The notes under the pieces: generated by a model | The model's database searches: none | The model's input: only the letters and a program-made list of their open reading frames with translations | Told to the model about the DNA's origin: nothing | Shown: positions 12,080 to 23,231 of the stretch, piece after piece | How the letters are laid out: each line of letters starts with the position of its first letter | Position numbering within the stretch: position 1 is the stretch's first letter | Source of the DNA: Dicyema japonicum | Taxonomy: Eukaryota > Animalia > Dicyemida | Length of the DNA: 64,000 nt | Direction of reading: 5' to 3' | Assembly: GCA_011109175.1 (NCBI GenBank) | Contig: RDEW01000014.1 | Span: 868,001-932,000 of the forward strand | Translations under genes and position numbers: made by a program

Positions 12080-13240
12080 CCTTAGGCTGTGAGTTTTCTA
12101 GGAATCGTCCAAAGAAGTCATTCCTCATTTGTGCTCTATCCGCATACTCTCCAAGGTTTTCTTGATGACGGTTGATTGAATATATGGTCGATTAGCGCCA
12201 AACCTTTAGGGAATTGTGATGATGTTTGTAGAATTTGCTCACAACACCATCCCATGTTAGTACGATTGCTAAAATATTAGCTTTAGCATTGTGGATAGAT
12301 GCCAATTCATTGGCAAATCATATTTGTGTAGGTTTTCAACCTCGACTTGTTTCAACGCCTGTTGAGAGGTGATTCCCACTTCGATAAGCGTAATTAAATT
12401 CCTCTTTTTGTCTAGTACAAAGATTTGGTTTTTTGGTCTGTACTGTATCCACTCGATTCATTCACAGCTACTGAGTGCACAGAATGTGTTTTCAGTTTCT
12501 TGGATTTTTTTATTCCGTAATGTCGGCATAGATGCAGATGTAAGCATCTGACAACTTAGTTATGAAGTCGGAGATAGTCACTATTCAACAGTCGACCACA
12601 TCTTGTTGCCAAGTGGTCAACAGTTTTCTTAGCAGAGTTGCAGTGGCTGCAACTGGCTTCAGGGTTATCAAAGAATAGGTTTCGGTCTTGTAATAGACCT
12701 TCACATCTGGAAGAATTGTTTCCATGCGATAGCCAAAGGGAAGATTCAGAGATGTCGATATTTAAATAACTCAGATAGTTGAATAGGACTCTGTGTAGCT
12801 GCTTTTTCTGAATTTCTTCAATTAGCCAGTTCTTTTGATGTTCTTTTAATAGGGACTGAGAATATCAGGCTATTGAGCTTTATATTTTCGGTATAGAAAT
12901 TCTTCGATTGTGGCGATGTGTGTATTCTTTGATTTGATGACCCGCAAATAGTCTTAATTCCCATCATCTCTGTTCATGTTTAACTTATTTCACTACGACT
13001 TACTATTAAAAGTCAGAACACTATATTTCTATCGTACGCAGACGATCTAATTATTGTCACAAGGGATAGATCTCCTTCCGTAACCGAGGTTCATTCACAC
13101 TCCAACCAGGTTTGTGACTGGATATCCGCAAATATGTTATACGTGTCTCATCCAAGTCTGAGTTCATCCTGTGTGGACTTGAACTATTCTTTGGAGACAT
13201 CACTATTCCTTCTACAAAGATCCTTAAAGTAACTTTCGAC
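12080..13240 (+). mobile_element. Scattered LINE RT fragments
   Basis: NRP..LICALS.ILSK near 12100 and FLSYADDLII near 13025. Confidence 0.5.
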
Positions 13241-13324
13241 TATAATTATGAAAAGAAAGTCAACAAAGAAGCTTAGAAAGTTATTAAGGCTATCAAAAAG
13301 AAGAGTCCCCTCTCACCTTGTATC

Positions 13325-13553
13325 TATTTTCAAATATTCTTGCCTCGGGGATCGCTACCGATTTACTCCTGTTGCGACCGAATCATCGGGAGCCGTTGGT
13401 CCAATGACGGCTGAGTTTTTGCGAGAACTCGGAGGATTGCTTGCCAGAAAGAAAAGGGATCAACGAGAAGGGTTATGGCTAAGACAAAAGATTGGAATAG
13501 CCATACTCCGAGGGAACTCGTTCGCAATCCACGCAGCAGGCTTCCTCAACTGA
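13325..13553 (+). mobile_element. CRE 3' end (restriction-like endonuclease C-terminus)
   Basis: YRFTPVATESSGAVG..WLRQKIGIAILRGNS followed by an A-rich tail. Confidence 0.8.
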
Positions 13554-13619
13554 CATTTGTTTAATTGTTAAAAAAAATTATTTTGTAAAAAAAAGAAGTT
13601 ATTTTTCAGAAAATACGGA

Positions 13620-13895
13620 AAACCATAAGTTAATGCAGCCACATACATCGCCAGTCTCCTTTTAGAGGAGGCAAGAGTTCCTACGCTTGAACTAGAAGAC
13701 CCATTCAAAAGAGATGGTGACCCATGCAGAGGAATTCCGATCGACCATAAGAAGAATACCCTGATAGAATTCCTCTACAGACACAACAGCAGGCACTTCA
13801 GAGTTGGGTCGTAACAGAACAATCAAAAAGGGTTCGTAAGAAATTGGAGACTGGGATCACCTAATTAGTGTTTTAACCTTTCTTTCTTGGTGGTC
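13620..13895 (+). mobile_element. LINE 3' end (GIT-stop family)
   Basis: Ends LETGIT-stop then TTAGTGTTTTAACCTTTCTTTCTTGG; homologous to 33215-33600. Confidence 0.65.
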
Positions 13896-14064
13896 CTGGG
13901 ACAAACCTGTATAATACAAATCTAAAGATTGACTTTCAAGCAACAGTGAGGACTCTACAAAGGTTATTTACTTGAGTGTTAAGGCCAACTCCGTTCGAGA
14001 CACTTGTGAGGGGAATTGTTAAGTTTATGATTGGATGATTTAAATGGAGACATAATTTATTGTG

Positions 14065-15293
14065 TTAAATAATAATTGGGTGAGCAGTCCTTCTAACTAA
14101 AACAAATGGAGAAAAATCAGAGAATTCATTAATATTCTCAATCATATTAATAAAGTTTGGGACACCTCCAACCACAGACCCACCAAACCATGATACATAG
14201 TTCTCAAAAATGGGAAGAGAGTGAAATTTAAATATCCAATCACTGTTATATTTATCTTTAATATTTGTGAGTTCTGAATAAAGTCTGGATTTAAATCCCC
14301 TCAACATAGTAGTGCCTCCAACAACAATAATATTTTGAGCCAATCTAACACGCATATCAATAGGACACTAATAATTAGAATGATAGTATAACATCAAAGA
14401 GACAATCCATCACACTTTCTGATAATAGAGTATCACTATCATTTTCCACACCAAAAAGACACTCACATGCACCATCTCTTATCATTACTCAATATATTGA
14501 AACCTCAAATACCCAGGAATAACGATTCCCTGTTTGTAAATGAAATCTGGGGGATGTTCGGATGACTTACCGAAAGGTTTGACAAAGCAGGCCATTACTT
14601 TAATTATTGTCATTAATACCTTTGATGTTTTCGGCATCAGTTTCATTCAAGTTTATGTCTAAATTAATTTATTAAATACTATTTAATTCTGTCAAAATTT
14701 TTCTAAAATTAATATTAAATATAAACTCGTGAACATCAAGTGATCCACGTGGAAGAATTTTGATTGCCTTAATTATCGGGTAATTCTCACAAATCTATAT
14801 ATAAAAAGCAAATAACTGGAATTATCCTCGTTTCAGAATAACCACAATCGATTACAAGTGCAGTATTCAGTCCCAAGGCGATTGGACATAAACAAGGAGA
14901 GGAAGCCACAATAACAGAAATTGCCTAATATATTAAGTAAATAATAACGTGGAATTCCTCGTATAAAATTTGAGTAGCTAATTTAATGAGTTCATTGTGG
15001 GGAATGCCAAATGTTAGGATTACTCTACATTTATTACTGGAAATTGGTATAATTCTGCAAATAATAATTAATAATAACCTGTTAAATAAATAATAGATAA
15101 AATTAATAAATTTATATTTGTCAAAAATTGAAGATATGTTAGATTTGTCATTCTTTCCATTAAAATTATAAAAATCGGTTTTAAGAATAATAGGACATGA
15201 TTCTTCAGCCCATCCACATCTTTGTATTATTATTATTATTAACTTTGTGTATGTTGTACCAAACTCCACCACAACTATGTTGACATTACTCAT
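14065..15293 (-). CDS. ACTR10: Actin-related protein 10 (dynactin pointed-end subunit)
   Basis: VVVEFGTTYTKCGWAEES after a 24-nt intron (15220-15243); CPIDMRVRLAQNIIVVGGTTMLRGFKSRL and NYVSWFGGS match the Arp10 C-terminus; middle exons not fully resolved. Confidence 0.85.
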
Positions 15294-15394
15294 TTATTTA
15301 ATTTTTAATAAATCTAAATTATTATTTTTTTAATATTAATGATTTTTATTAAAATAAAATAAAGAAACAGTCAGCCAAAGGCCATAAATTCTTT

Positions 15395-15600
15395 CTGCAG
15401 GAGAGAGTGTGCAGGCATAAACAGTCAATCTGGTCTCCACATCGGCTTGGATGCGGCTCACAGACTTTTAATCGAGTAGTAATGAGATCCCAATACGGAT
15501 GCATTTATCATCCAGAAAGCTACCCAAAACTCAAGCCATTAACCATAGCAACCATCCTCGTTCGCATGTTCTCCATTCTCCTAAGACAGGTTTGATTCTG
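15395..15600 (-). mobile_element. CRE fragment
   Basis: Homologous to 5100-5230; ends HTLSCRK (CCHC region). Confidence 0.7.
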
Positions 15601-15629
15601 GTTACTGAAACAGCTCCGAGAGCATATTG

Positions 15630-16870
15630 TTTAATTAATCCCTGTGTCCATATGACATGTACTTCAGTTTAAGGCACTCTAGGGTTCGCTTTAAGACAGT
15701 GGACTGTAGATAGACCTTGAGCTTCATATTCTTGAACTGTCTTAGATACCCCTTGTGGTACTTTGTTGCAATTCCTTCCCATGTCATTACTATTGGAATA
15801 AAGAGGACCTTGCAACCAAACATCTGCCCCATTTTGTTTACAAGCAAGTCCCAAAAATATTGCGGTCTCGCATATACGTGTACAACGCCTCCGATCGAGG
15901 TGAGTTGTCGCCGTATTTCAGCCATATTGTCGACGACTTAAGGTCGACGTGTCGGTTGTCCAATGCTCTAAAGAGGACCTTATGAAGAGTTTTTAAGTTG
16001 ATTTTTCCATCAAGTTAGAAGACAAAAAATGTCTGATAGTGCCTAGGTGGGTTGGCCGTGTTTTTCTTGGTCGTTATTATGGCGTGCTTCGATAAAAAGA
16101 ATGTGATTTGTATTGAAACAAACACCCTCACAATGAACTGGTATTTGCTCAAACCGGTCATTGAGGCGGCGACTCAATGGCTCCAAACAGAGAACAAAGA
16201 GCAGTGGAGACATGCTATCTCCCTCTTGAGATTTACTTCGCCTATCCGGTGCCTATTATAGTTCAGATGAATACTCCACCTATTCATCACAGCCACTACA
16301 AAGCTGATGAACCACACAGGCATACACACCCTGTGTAAGCACTCGACAAGGTAAGAATGATCAACTGAATCATAAGCCTTCTTTACATCCACACACATAG
16401 ACAAAATTGAGTTTCCGTGAGACACAGAAAGACACTAGTTGCCTGCTCTTTTGCTTCCTGGTAAATTAATTCTCGGAGAGAATTCTATTGGTCTCTACAA
16501 AGAACCTGACCCCATTATCCACCAATTTGGTCATCAGTTTATACAGGTTTGATATGCAGAAATTATACACTTTATTTACCCCGGCCGTTTTCTAATCAGG
16601 GAGACATCTCACTGCCTCCTCAAATTTCATGCGGAAATCGAAAATTCCGTCTAGGAAAAGAGCTTTGCTGTACATGACAGTCCACGCATTTCCACTCCAT
16701 GGATTAGCCTCTCATAAACCAGCCATTCCAGGGCATTCGGGGTAACCCTCTACGTACCTAAATGACTACTTGTCTCGGCCACTTTTTTAGGACAATCTTC
16801 ACAACCCTCTCGGATATAAAATTATATTCTTGTTATCTTTTGAGGTGGTGACGTCCCTCTCTAGTACTTA
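15630..16870 (-). mobile_element. R4/NeSL-like RLE non-LTR retrotransposon, internally deleted
   Basis: VDVKKAYDSVDH RT motif; RLE C-terminus KVLFIPIVMTWEGIATKYHK..YLQSTVLKRTLE. Confidence 0.8.
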
Positions 16871-16949
16871 ATGCTGGAAATGTCTCAAAAACACTGTGGG
16901 AGATAGAATTTCAGCTTAATGACTTTTAATGAGAGAAATCAGTTATAAA

Positions 16950-18150
16950 ATACGAAAAATTAAGCTTTGCCAAAATCTACAGAATTACGGAGTGATTGGC
17001 TAAGAAACTAAAGTCGTGAAGAATATCTGTTTCTGGGAGTGTAGGAACTATGGAATGGGTTTTGTGGTGCATCAAAGCATTAGAAAAGTATTGGAAATCA
17101 ATGACGGGCATAATCGAGATATCGATTGTCAATAAATTATCAATGTTTTCCACCATGGGTATAACTGCGATAAATACATGTGGAATTTACCTATTCTACA
17201 CTGTCTTCTACTCTCGGTGGTACCCATGGATGCCCTTATGTTCTTATTTCTAAAAATTGAAACTCAGAAGTTGAAAGACGGCGTAATAGTGAAACATTCA
17301 TTGGAAGTTACAGCAGAGGCGAAAGAAACGCCAATGGAGAAAAACTTGAAAGAAACGGCAGCTGGGCTGTTCATATGCAATTCTGCTAACACCAAGCAAA
17401 ACATATGACCACCTGGATTAGGAAAAGTGGAGACAATATTTACAATCAGATAGACTACACATTATGTAAATAAAAATTCAAAGGAATGTTATTCAAGGTG
17501 ATTTGGAGGCACATTTCAATCACAGTCATTTCTTGTTTTAAATTAATCAATCAAGGCGCAATTGCAAAAACATAAACATCATGGCACGAAGATCTCGGTT
17601 GAATCATTGAACACAAATGCTGACATTCGGAAAAGATTTGTAAAAAGGATCAACACCCATATCTGTAGACTACCTGAAACCTGTCAACCCGACCAAAGCT
17701 GGAACGGAATTGCCGACTGTATTAGAAGTGCAGTCTCGAGTTTTAAAAACCATCTTCACAAGACCCACAATATATGAGGAAATTCAAGAGTTGTCAAGAA
17801 TATAAAGGAACTTACAACTCAGAAAAGAAAATACCAAATGCAACCTTAAAAAAGAAGAGTTAAAAAAGAAAAGGGAAATACAGATAAATATTAAAAAAAG
17901 AATGAAAGAACTTGACGAAGTAAATAATATTGCCTTGGAACTAGAAAAATTTGATAAATGTTCAGGGAAATCAAAATTATGAGTAAATCAAGTATACTTG
18001 ACCCTCGCAAATTGGCCAGTTTTGGTTCCTTAAAATTTTGTGGCCAACTTGAAAAAATAAAATCAATAATTTTGAATAACAAAGAACAAACAATTAAACT
18101 GATACCTACTTGTCTGAGATTAGTCTTTGGTAAGGTTCTTTCTTCGGTTT
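16950..18150 (+). mobile_element. RTE-like LINE endonuclease region, degenerate
   Basis: APE-like segments and a linker similar to the RTE copies at 23.2-25.7 kb and 63.1-64 kb. Confidence 0.6.
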
Positions 18151-18479
18151 ATGGGCAAGTACTTTGATATCCAGGTGTTTCGAGAATGATTTAAAGCTGA
18201 TCGCAGCGTAATGTCAAATAAGTGGGTTAGGTGTCTAGAGAAGGGTTACTGGTTACAATTGCATCTTCTAATTCTGATTTAATTTGTTTTAGTGTTTTAC
18301 AGAATTTTTGGGGTGAACTTTTCCCGTTGAAGTGATTGACCAAATGACTCCATCTTAGCCTGATGGTCTTTTATGCTCTGGTTGATACTTTTATTAAGTT
18401 GTCTGATGGTTTTTTAAGATATCAAGTTCATCGAATGTCATCGTTTCATAAAGTTTCATCGCTTCATAAGGACCTTGTC

Positions 18480-19280
18480 TTTGAAGAAGCAAGATCACCC
18501 AAAATTTGAAGCAAGACCTAAAATAGTGCTATTGAATTTCCGATTACTAGGGAAAAGGCATAATGAACTAGCACTACTTGCGGGGGCCTCCAAGGTAGAT
18601 ATCTTGGTGATCAATGAGACACACTGGGAGTGAACAATGCACGCAGTTTGCATTATTTGTGGATCAACTATGGACACGCATGAGATTACATGGACGACAT
18701 AAGGAAGAGGAGGAAGAGAGCTTTTCAGTCACTCCTATGTACACGAAAATTACACATTAGACGTGACACCTACCTGTTCATCTTCAAGAGAGTTATTCTT
18801 CCTAGCGTACTTTATGGGTGCGAGGGATGACTCTTCTCTCCGAAGAGAGAGAAGATATTATCTCTCCTAGAAAAAAAAAGCCCGATTAAGCTCTCTTTAA
18901 ACAATCTGAGAGACTGTCTAAGCGAGTACGAAGACAGAATGCTAGAACCAATTAGCAGGATTGTGGAGGATAGGATCAACGGATTCAGGAGGAGATCAAA
19001 GATTCAGGACATACATGTGCAATGCCTCCGATCGAGGATAGTTGTCACCGTTTTTAACCATATTGTCGATTTTGAGTCGTGGTGGAATCTCATTTCTCTT
19101 TTCATTGACGAGTCATTTACCCATTCTCCCATTCGCTCCAGAGGAGATTGGAGCAATAAGAAAAAACCTCCAAGAGAAGAGTATTTTTTTATTTTCCACC
19201 GATCGTCAGAGTTGGTATTTAGTCAGTCAGAATGAGCACAAATTTATAATATTTTTAACATTAACTCGAGGTTAGGAAAA
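18480..19280. mobile_element. Mixed non-LTR debris
   Basis: Plus-strand VDILVINETHW (APE N-terminus); 19015-19070 resembles the R4-like sequence at 15880-15935. Confidence 0.45.
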
Positions 19281-19402
19281 ATGTGGGAGATGATCGCCAT
19301 GATAGAAGAGGTCGAAAATCTTCTTTATCCAATGTAAAAATGAAATTTTAGGACCAACAAAATTTATATGAGTTGTTTTAATTGATGATCATAATTTTTT
19401 TT

Positions 19403-19620
19403 AATAAAAAACGTTTTATTTAACAATAATATTTAACCTGAAAGAAATCGGGGGAAATTGGCCCATTTAAAAAAGACGTACGGGAAGCGGTCTGGCTGAG
19501 GCACGAATTGGGATTGCAGTTGTCCGCAGAAACGCTTACTCCGTAATGTCAGCAGCCGCCTTTCCCCGTTATTGTTAATAAATAATATTTATTGTTAAAT
19601 AAAACGTGTTTTATTGATCA
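19403..19620. repeat. AT-rich inverted repeat of about 30 bp flanking a CRE 3' fragment
   Basis: aataaaaaacgttttatttaacaataatattt versus the reverse complement of aatatttattgttaaataaaacgtgttttatt; core reads RIGIAVVRRNAYSV. Confidence 0.6.
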
Positions 19621-19789
19621 TAATTATCTGGTATAATGACTTTTAATGATGATTATTATCTTTGATGTTATGACTAAAGCCTATAAAAATTCAAAAGAAA
19701 TTGTCCAATATATAAAATTATTTCCTTAATTTATTTGGGTAAAACGGGGTTAAAAGATTAGAAAATGGTCGCATGGTGCCATGTGGCTA

Positions 19790-20592
19790 CCTGATTGAAG
19801 ATTTCTCTTCTATTGCAAGAAAAAACAAGAAGACTGTTGACCACCTGACCACTCACTCTGGTAGAATGTTAACTGTGCTGCCTCAAGAAAGTTTGGCGTA
19901 AATGAGACACTAGTAAGAGATTGGAAACACAAGCAGTGATGCCAAGAAACAAATGTGCTAATAGAGGGAAAAGCTGCCAGTGGCCAGCACTTGAACAAGA
20001 ACTTGTATGCTGGGTCGAGTAGCAACCCTGTTATTCCTGGTGGACTAACAAGTGTTGTACAGCCACTTGATGTTTCTTTGAATAAGCCGTTCAAAGACAG
20101 ATTGAGAGGAAATTGGAGTAATTGGATGATAGAAGGCGAGAAGCAGTTTACTAAAGGGGGAGCCATGAAAGCACTCTCGCTAGAAGTAATAACATGATGG
20201 ATTAAACAGTCGTGAGATGATGTGTCCCTGTCTACTGTAGAACGCTCCTTTAAGAAATGCTGCATTTCCAACGCTCTCTATGAGACAGAAGATGACCTTA
20301 TCTGGGAGGAGGAAACTGAAGATAAAGAAGACTAAGAAGATGCCTTTTATGACGACAGACTAAATGAAAATAAACGGAACGAGCTTTTTGAAAATAATGA
20401 CGATGAAGACGGATTTTGAACTCTATGTAAGCACTTTATAATTCTAACTTTTTGTTTCTTAACTAAAAATAAATCACTTTCTGTGTTCATTGTTGTTAGT
20501 CTTTCTCGGCACGTAATATCACAGGGTTACAAAGTAAATAGTAGGGGGTCGACATATACAACGAATCGACTTATACATCGGCAAATGCGGTA
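19790..20592 (+). mobile_element. pogo (DDE_1) DNA transposon, internal-deletion derivative
   Basis: N-terminal NCAASRKFGVNETLVRDW joined to IPGGLTSVVQPLDVSLNKPFK..SFKKCCISN and an acidic tail; right TIR GGGGGTCGACATATAC..TCGACTTATAC..GCGG then TA. Confidence 0.85.
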
Positions 20593-21130
20593 CATCCAAA
20601 GACACAACAAAGTTGTAAAACGCTTACATCTCCATCTATGCAGATTATATGGAATCAAAGAGGCTAGAAAGTTAAAGGGACGTTCAATTCAGTCGATTTT
20701 ATCAACACAGAATGTTGAGATAAGAGTCGATACGTCGATTCTGAATGAAACGAAAGTAAGTTCAACAAACCAGATATTTTCGTATATAACAAAATCAAGA
20801 ATAAGATAATTCTAATAGTAGTGGGAATTACATCTCAGGATCGCTTAAAACAGGTGGAAGTAGAAAAATGTCACAAGTAGGACCTCCTCGCAAGTAAGCT
20901 TTTGTTTCTCTACGATTGTCAAGATTATCCCACTGGTTATTATGACCTGGGATGGAGTTGTCTCGAAATGCTTCAAAAACTATTGACGAATCAAAAAAAA
21001 TTAACTTAGCAAGTTTAATAGAAAATTTTAAACAAACGCTGTGGATTCTAGAAATTTCTTGAAGATTCTTGTATTCTGGGGCATTTTATAGATAACTCAA
21101 GAGGTTATACTGTATGGTTACAAAGAGAAT
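20593..21130 (+). mobile_element. R4/NeSL-like RLE 3' fragment
   Basis: RHNKVVKRLHLHLC..EIRVDT..VGITSQDRLKQVEVEK; same family as 15630-16870. Confidence 0.75.
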
Positions 21131-21246
21131 TTTCAGGACTTTATATTTAAAACAAGCATGTATTTTACAAAATTAAATATTCGCTTGTAACATTATATAA
21201 CTTTAAACCTTAGTGTCCTTAATAAATTTTTTTTTAGATTAAAAAA

Positions 21247-21526
21247 TAAAATTATTCCAAAGACCAAGGATAAAACCAAACTAACTAACTCCTTGATCCT
21301 GACGCGCTCCAGCGATTCCAGAACTTGTCTTCAGGTAACGAAATTGTCTTCCGATGGAAAGACTCGATTCGAATAATCAATGCCTGGCCGGCATCAAAAG
21401 GATCCAACTATTCTTTCCACCGGAAGACAATTTGATTACCTAGATACAAGTTCTGGAATCGCTGGAACGCGTCAGGATCAGGGAGTTAGTTAGTTTGTTT
21501 TACCTTTGATCTTTGGAATAAATTTA
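21247..21526. repeat. Foldback element with ~116-bp inverted arms and a 49-nt spacer
   Basis: 21247-21362 is the imperfect reverse complement of 21412-21526. Confidence 0.9.
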
Positions 21527-21629
21527 TTATTTAATAAAACTTAATCTACTTAAAAGTTTTTGAATGTGAAATGAACTACTATTGCGTAATCTTTTTAATC
21601 TTTTTTTACCGCATAAAGTATAAAATCAA

Positions 21630-23075
21630 ATGTCAGATAATATTCGAACGTTAACTTTTATAATGGTCATATTTGTCATTTTTACTACTTTAGGTCAAAA
21701 AACCTCAAGAGACTGATAATAATAAAGATGCTTATTTGAATGAAATGTACTGCTGTCCTCTTGGAAATTGGCATCGACGTGGAGAAATCTGCAATCAAGT
21801 TTTAACTGAGGAATTTCTGTAGTTTATTATTTAATATTGTAGAAACAATAGCACCCAACCTGAGGTTGAATTTTATCATTTTATTTTTAAGGATCCTCAA
21901 TCAAATAATTAGTTTCTTGTTTTGGCTTCTTGTCTCGGCACTTGGTTATTTTCACGATTTTCTGTTAAAATAAAATTTTTGGCTTAAATTGTTTCCCTTT
22001 AATAGAATAATCTTCTAACATCAAAGTTTCAATACATTTTTGCTTGCCAATTATTCGAGTGATTAATTGGTTGGAAGTTGAGGTGGTGGCATACCTCTAT
22101 TGCATCAAATGTCTACCTTGCTTTATGATGTGAAAGCATTTGCCTTTGTTCTTCCTGTGAGCATGGACAAGGTAATTGACTTTGTATACATTGGAAATCC
22201 CAAGTTTCAAAGAAATGAAGTATCGGATGCAGAAATCGGGTTCAAATCCTGGCCAGCACAAAATTGAATGAACTTGAAAGATAATCTATCATAAGCTCAC
22301 ATATATGACATATATGAAATGTAAAATCTTTAGAATAATGATTATATGTTGAGGTATACCAACCAGGCATACGAGAAGTCTGGATGAGGAATAGAAGATG
22401 GTTCTTTTTGTGTTATTCGAATGTGCAACCATATAATGATGGTACCCAAGAGAAAGCATCTTCAAGTTACTGTTGTTTCAAGAGGAGTATCTTTCGGACA
22501 GTCTACTAATGTTTGTTTCTATGTCCAAGATCCTATAAATGACAAATATGTTCGTGATGAGTAGGATCACGTAGTCTTTAATATTAATAGATCAGGTTAT
22601 CAAGAAGAACCAAGTAATCGATCTTAAACTTAGCAAATGGTGGTAATAGTGGAACAGATTTAGGCTTATCTCATATTGAGGTGATCCATTAAGAGGAGTC
22701 GTGTCTAATATTAAATTTAGGACGATTTTGTCGTTTTTAAGTAACACGGAAGAAGCGGTAGTTTGCATTGGATCCAGCCAGTTTTATCAAAAGAAATGTT
22801 GAGTGTTTCTTCAACGGCAGTTCTCAGCTTCTCGTCGATGGTTCTTATTTAATTAGTTGTTTACTATTCAGATTTTATTATTTTGAGATTGAGGGAGAAA
22901 ATTTTTGGCTAAGGTGAAACGTACTTTAAAAATATGTCTTTTTGTGCTTTATTAACCGTTGTTATTCTTTTTCGGTACTTTCAGCACTCATTACCAAAAA
23001 GAATAGACTTGAATGCGATTTATCAATTCATGCGGTCAGTATTTGCTGTCTTTAATTATCGCATATTCTATTACG
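21630..23075 (+). pseudogene. TMEM62-like gene, disrupted or mis-assembled
   Basis: Segments resembling TMEM62: NNKDAY, GGIPLLH, YIGNPK, HLQVTVVSRG..FYVQD, LLTVVILFRY, IFYY; short GT-AG blocks; no clean frame; CRE fragment at about 22770-22860. Confidence 0.45.
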
Positions 23076-23231
23076 GTGAATTTAGAGAACTTGCGAAAAA
23101 GAGGGAACTTTTGACGAGACTGGTACAAAGGGTGGTTGGTGTGGCGCAAACTAACCTTAATTGACTTTTTGTTTTTTACGTGTTCTGGGCGATGGCAATA
23201 ATTACGAGGGAGAAAATTCCTAATAGATACA

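Noticed and set aside
20483-20809. Novel 108-aa ORF
   Set aside because: Chimera of the pogo right TIR and an R4-like fragment
22006-22280. Frame with several in-frame TGA suggesting UGA=Trp or a mitochondrial insert
   Set aside because: Another frame gives the protein-like TMEM62 segments, and TGA, TAA and TAG all act as stops elsewhere in the window
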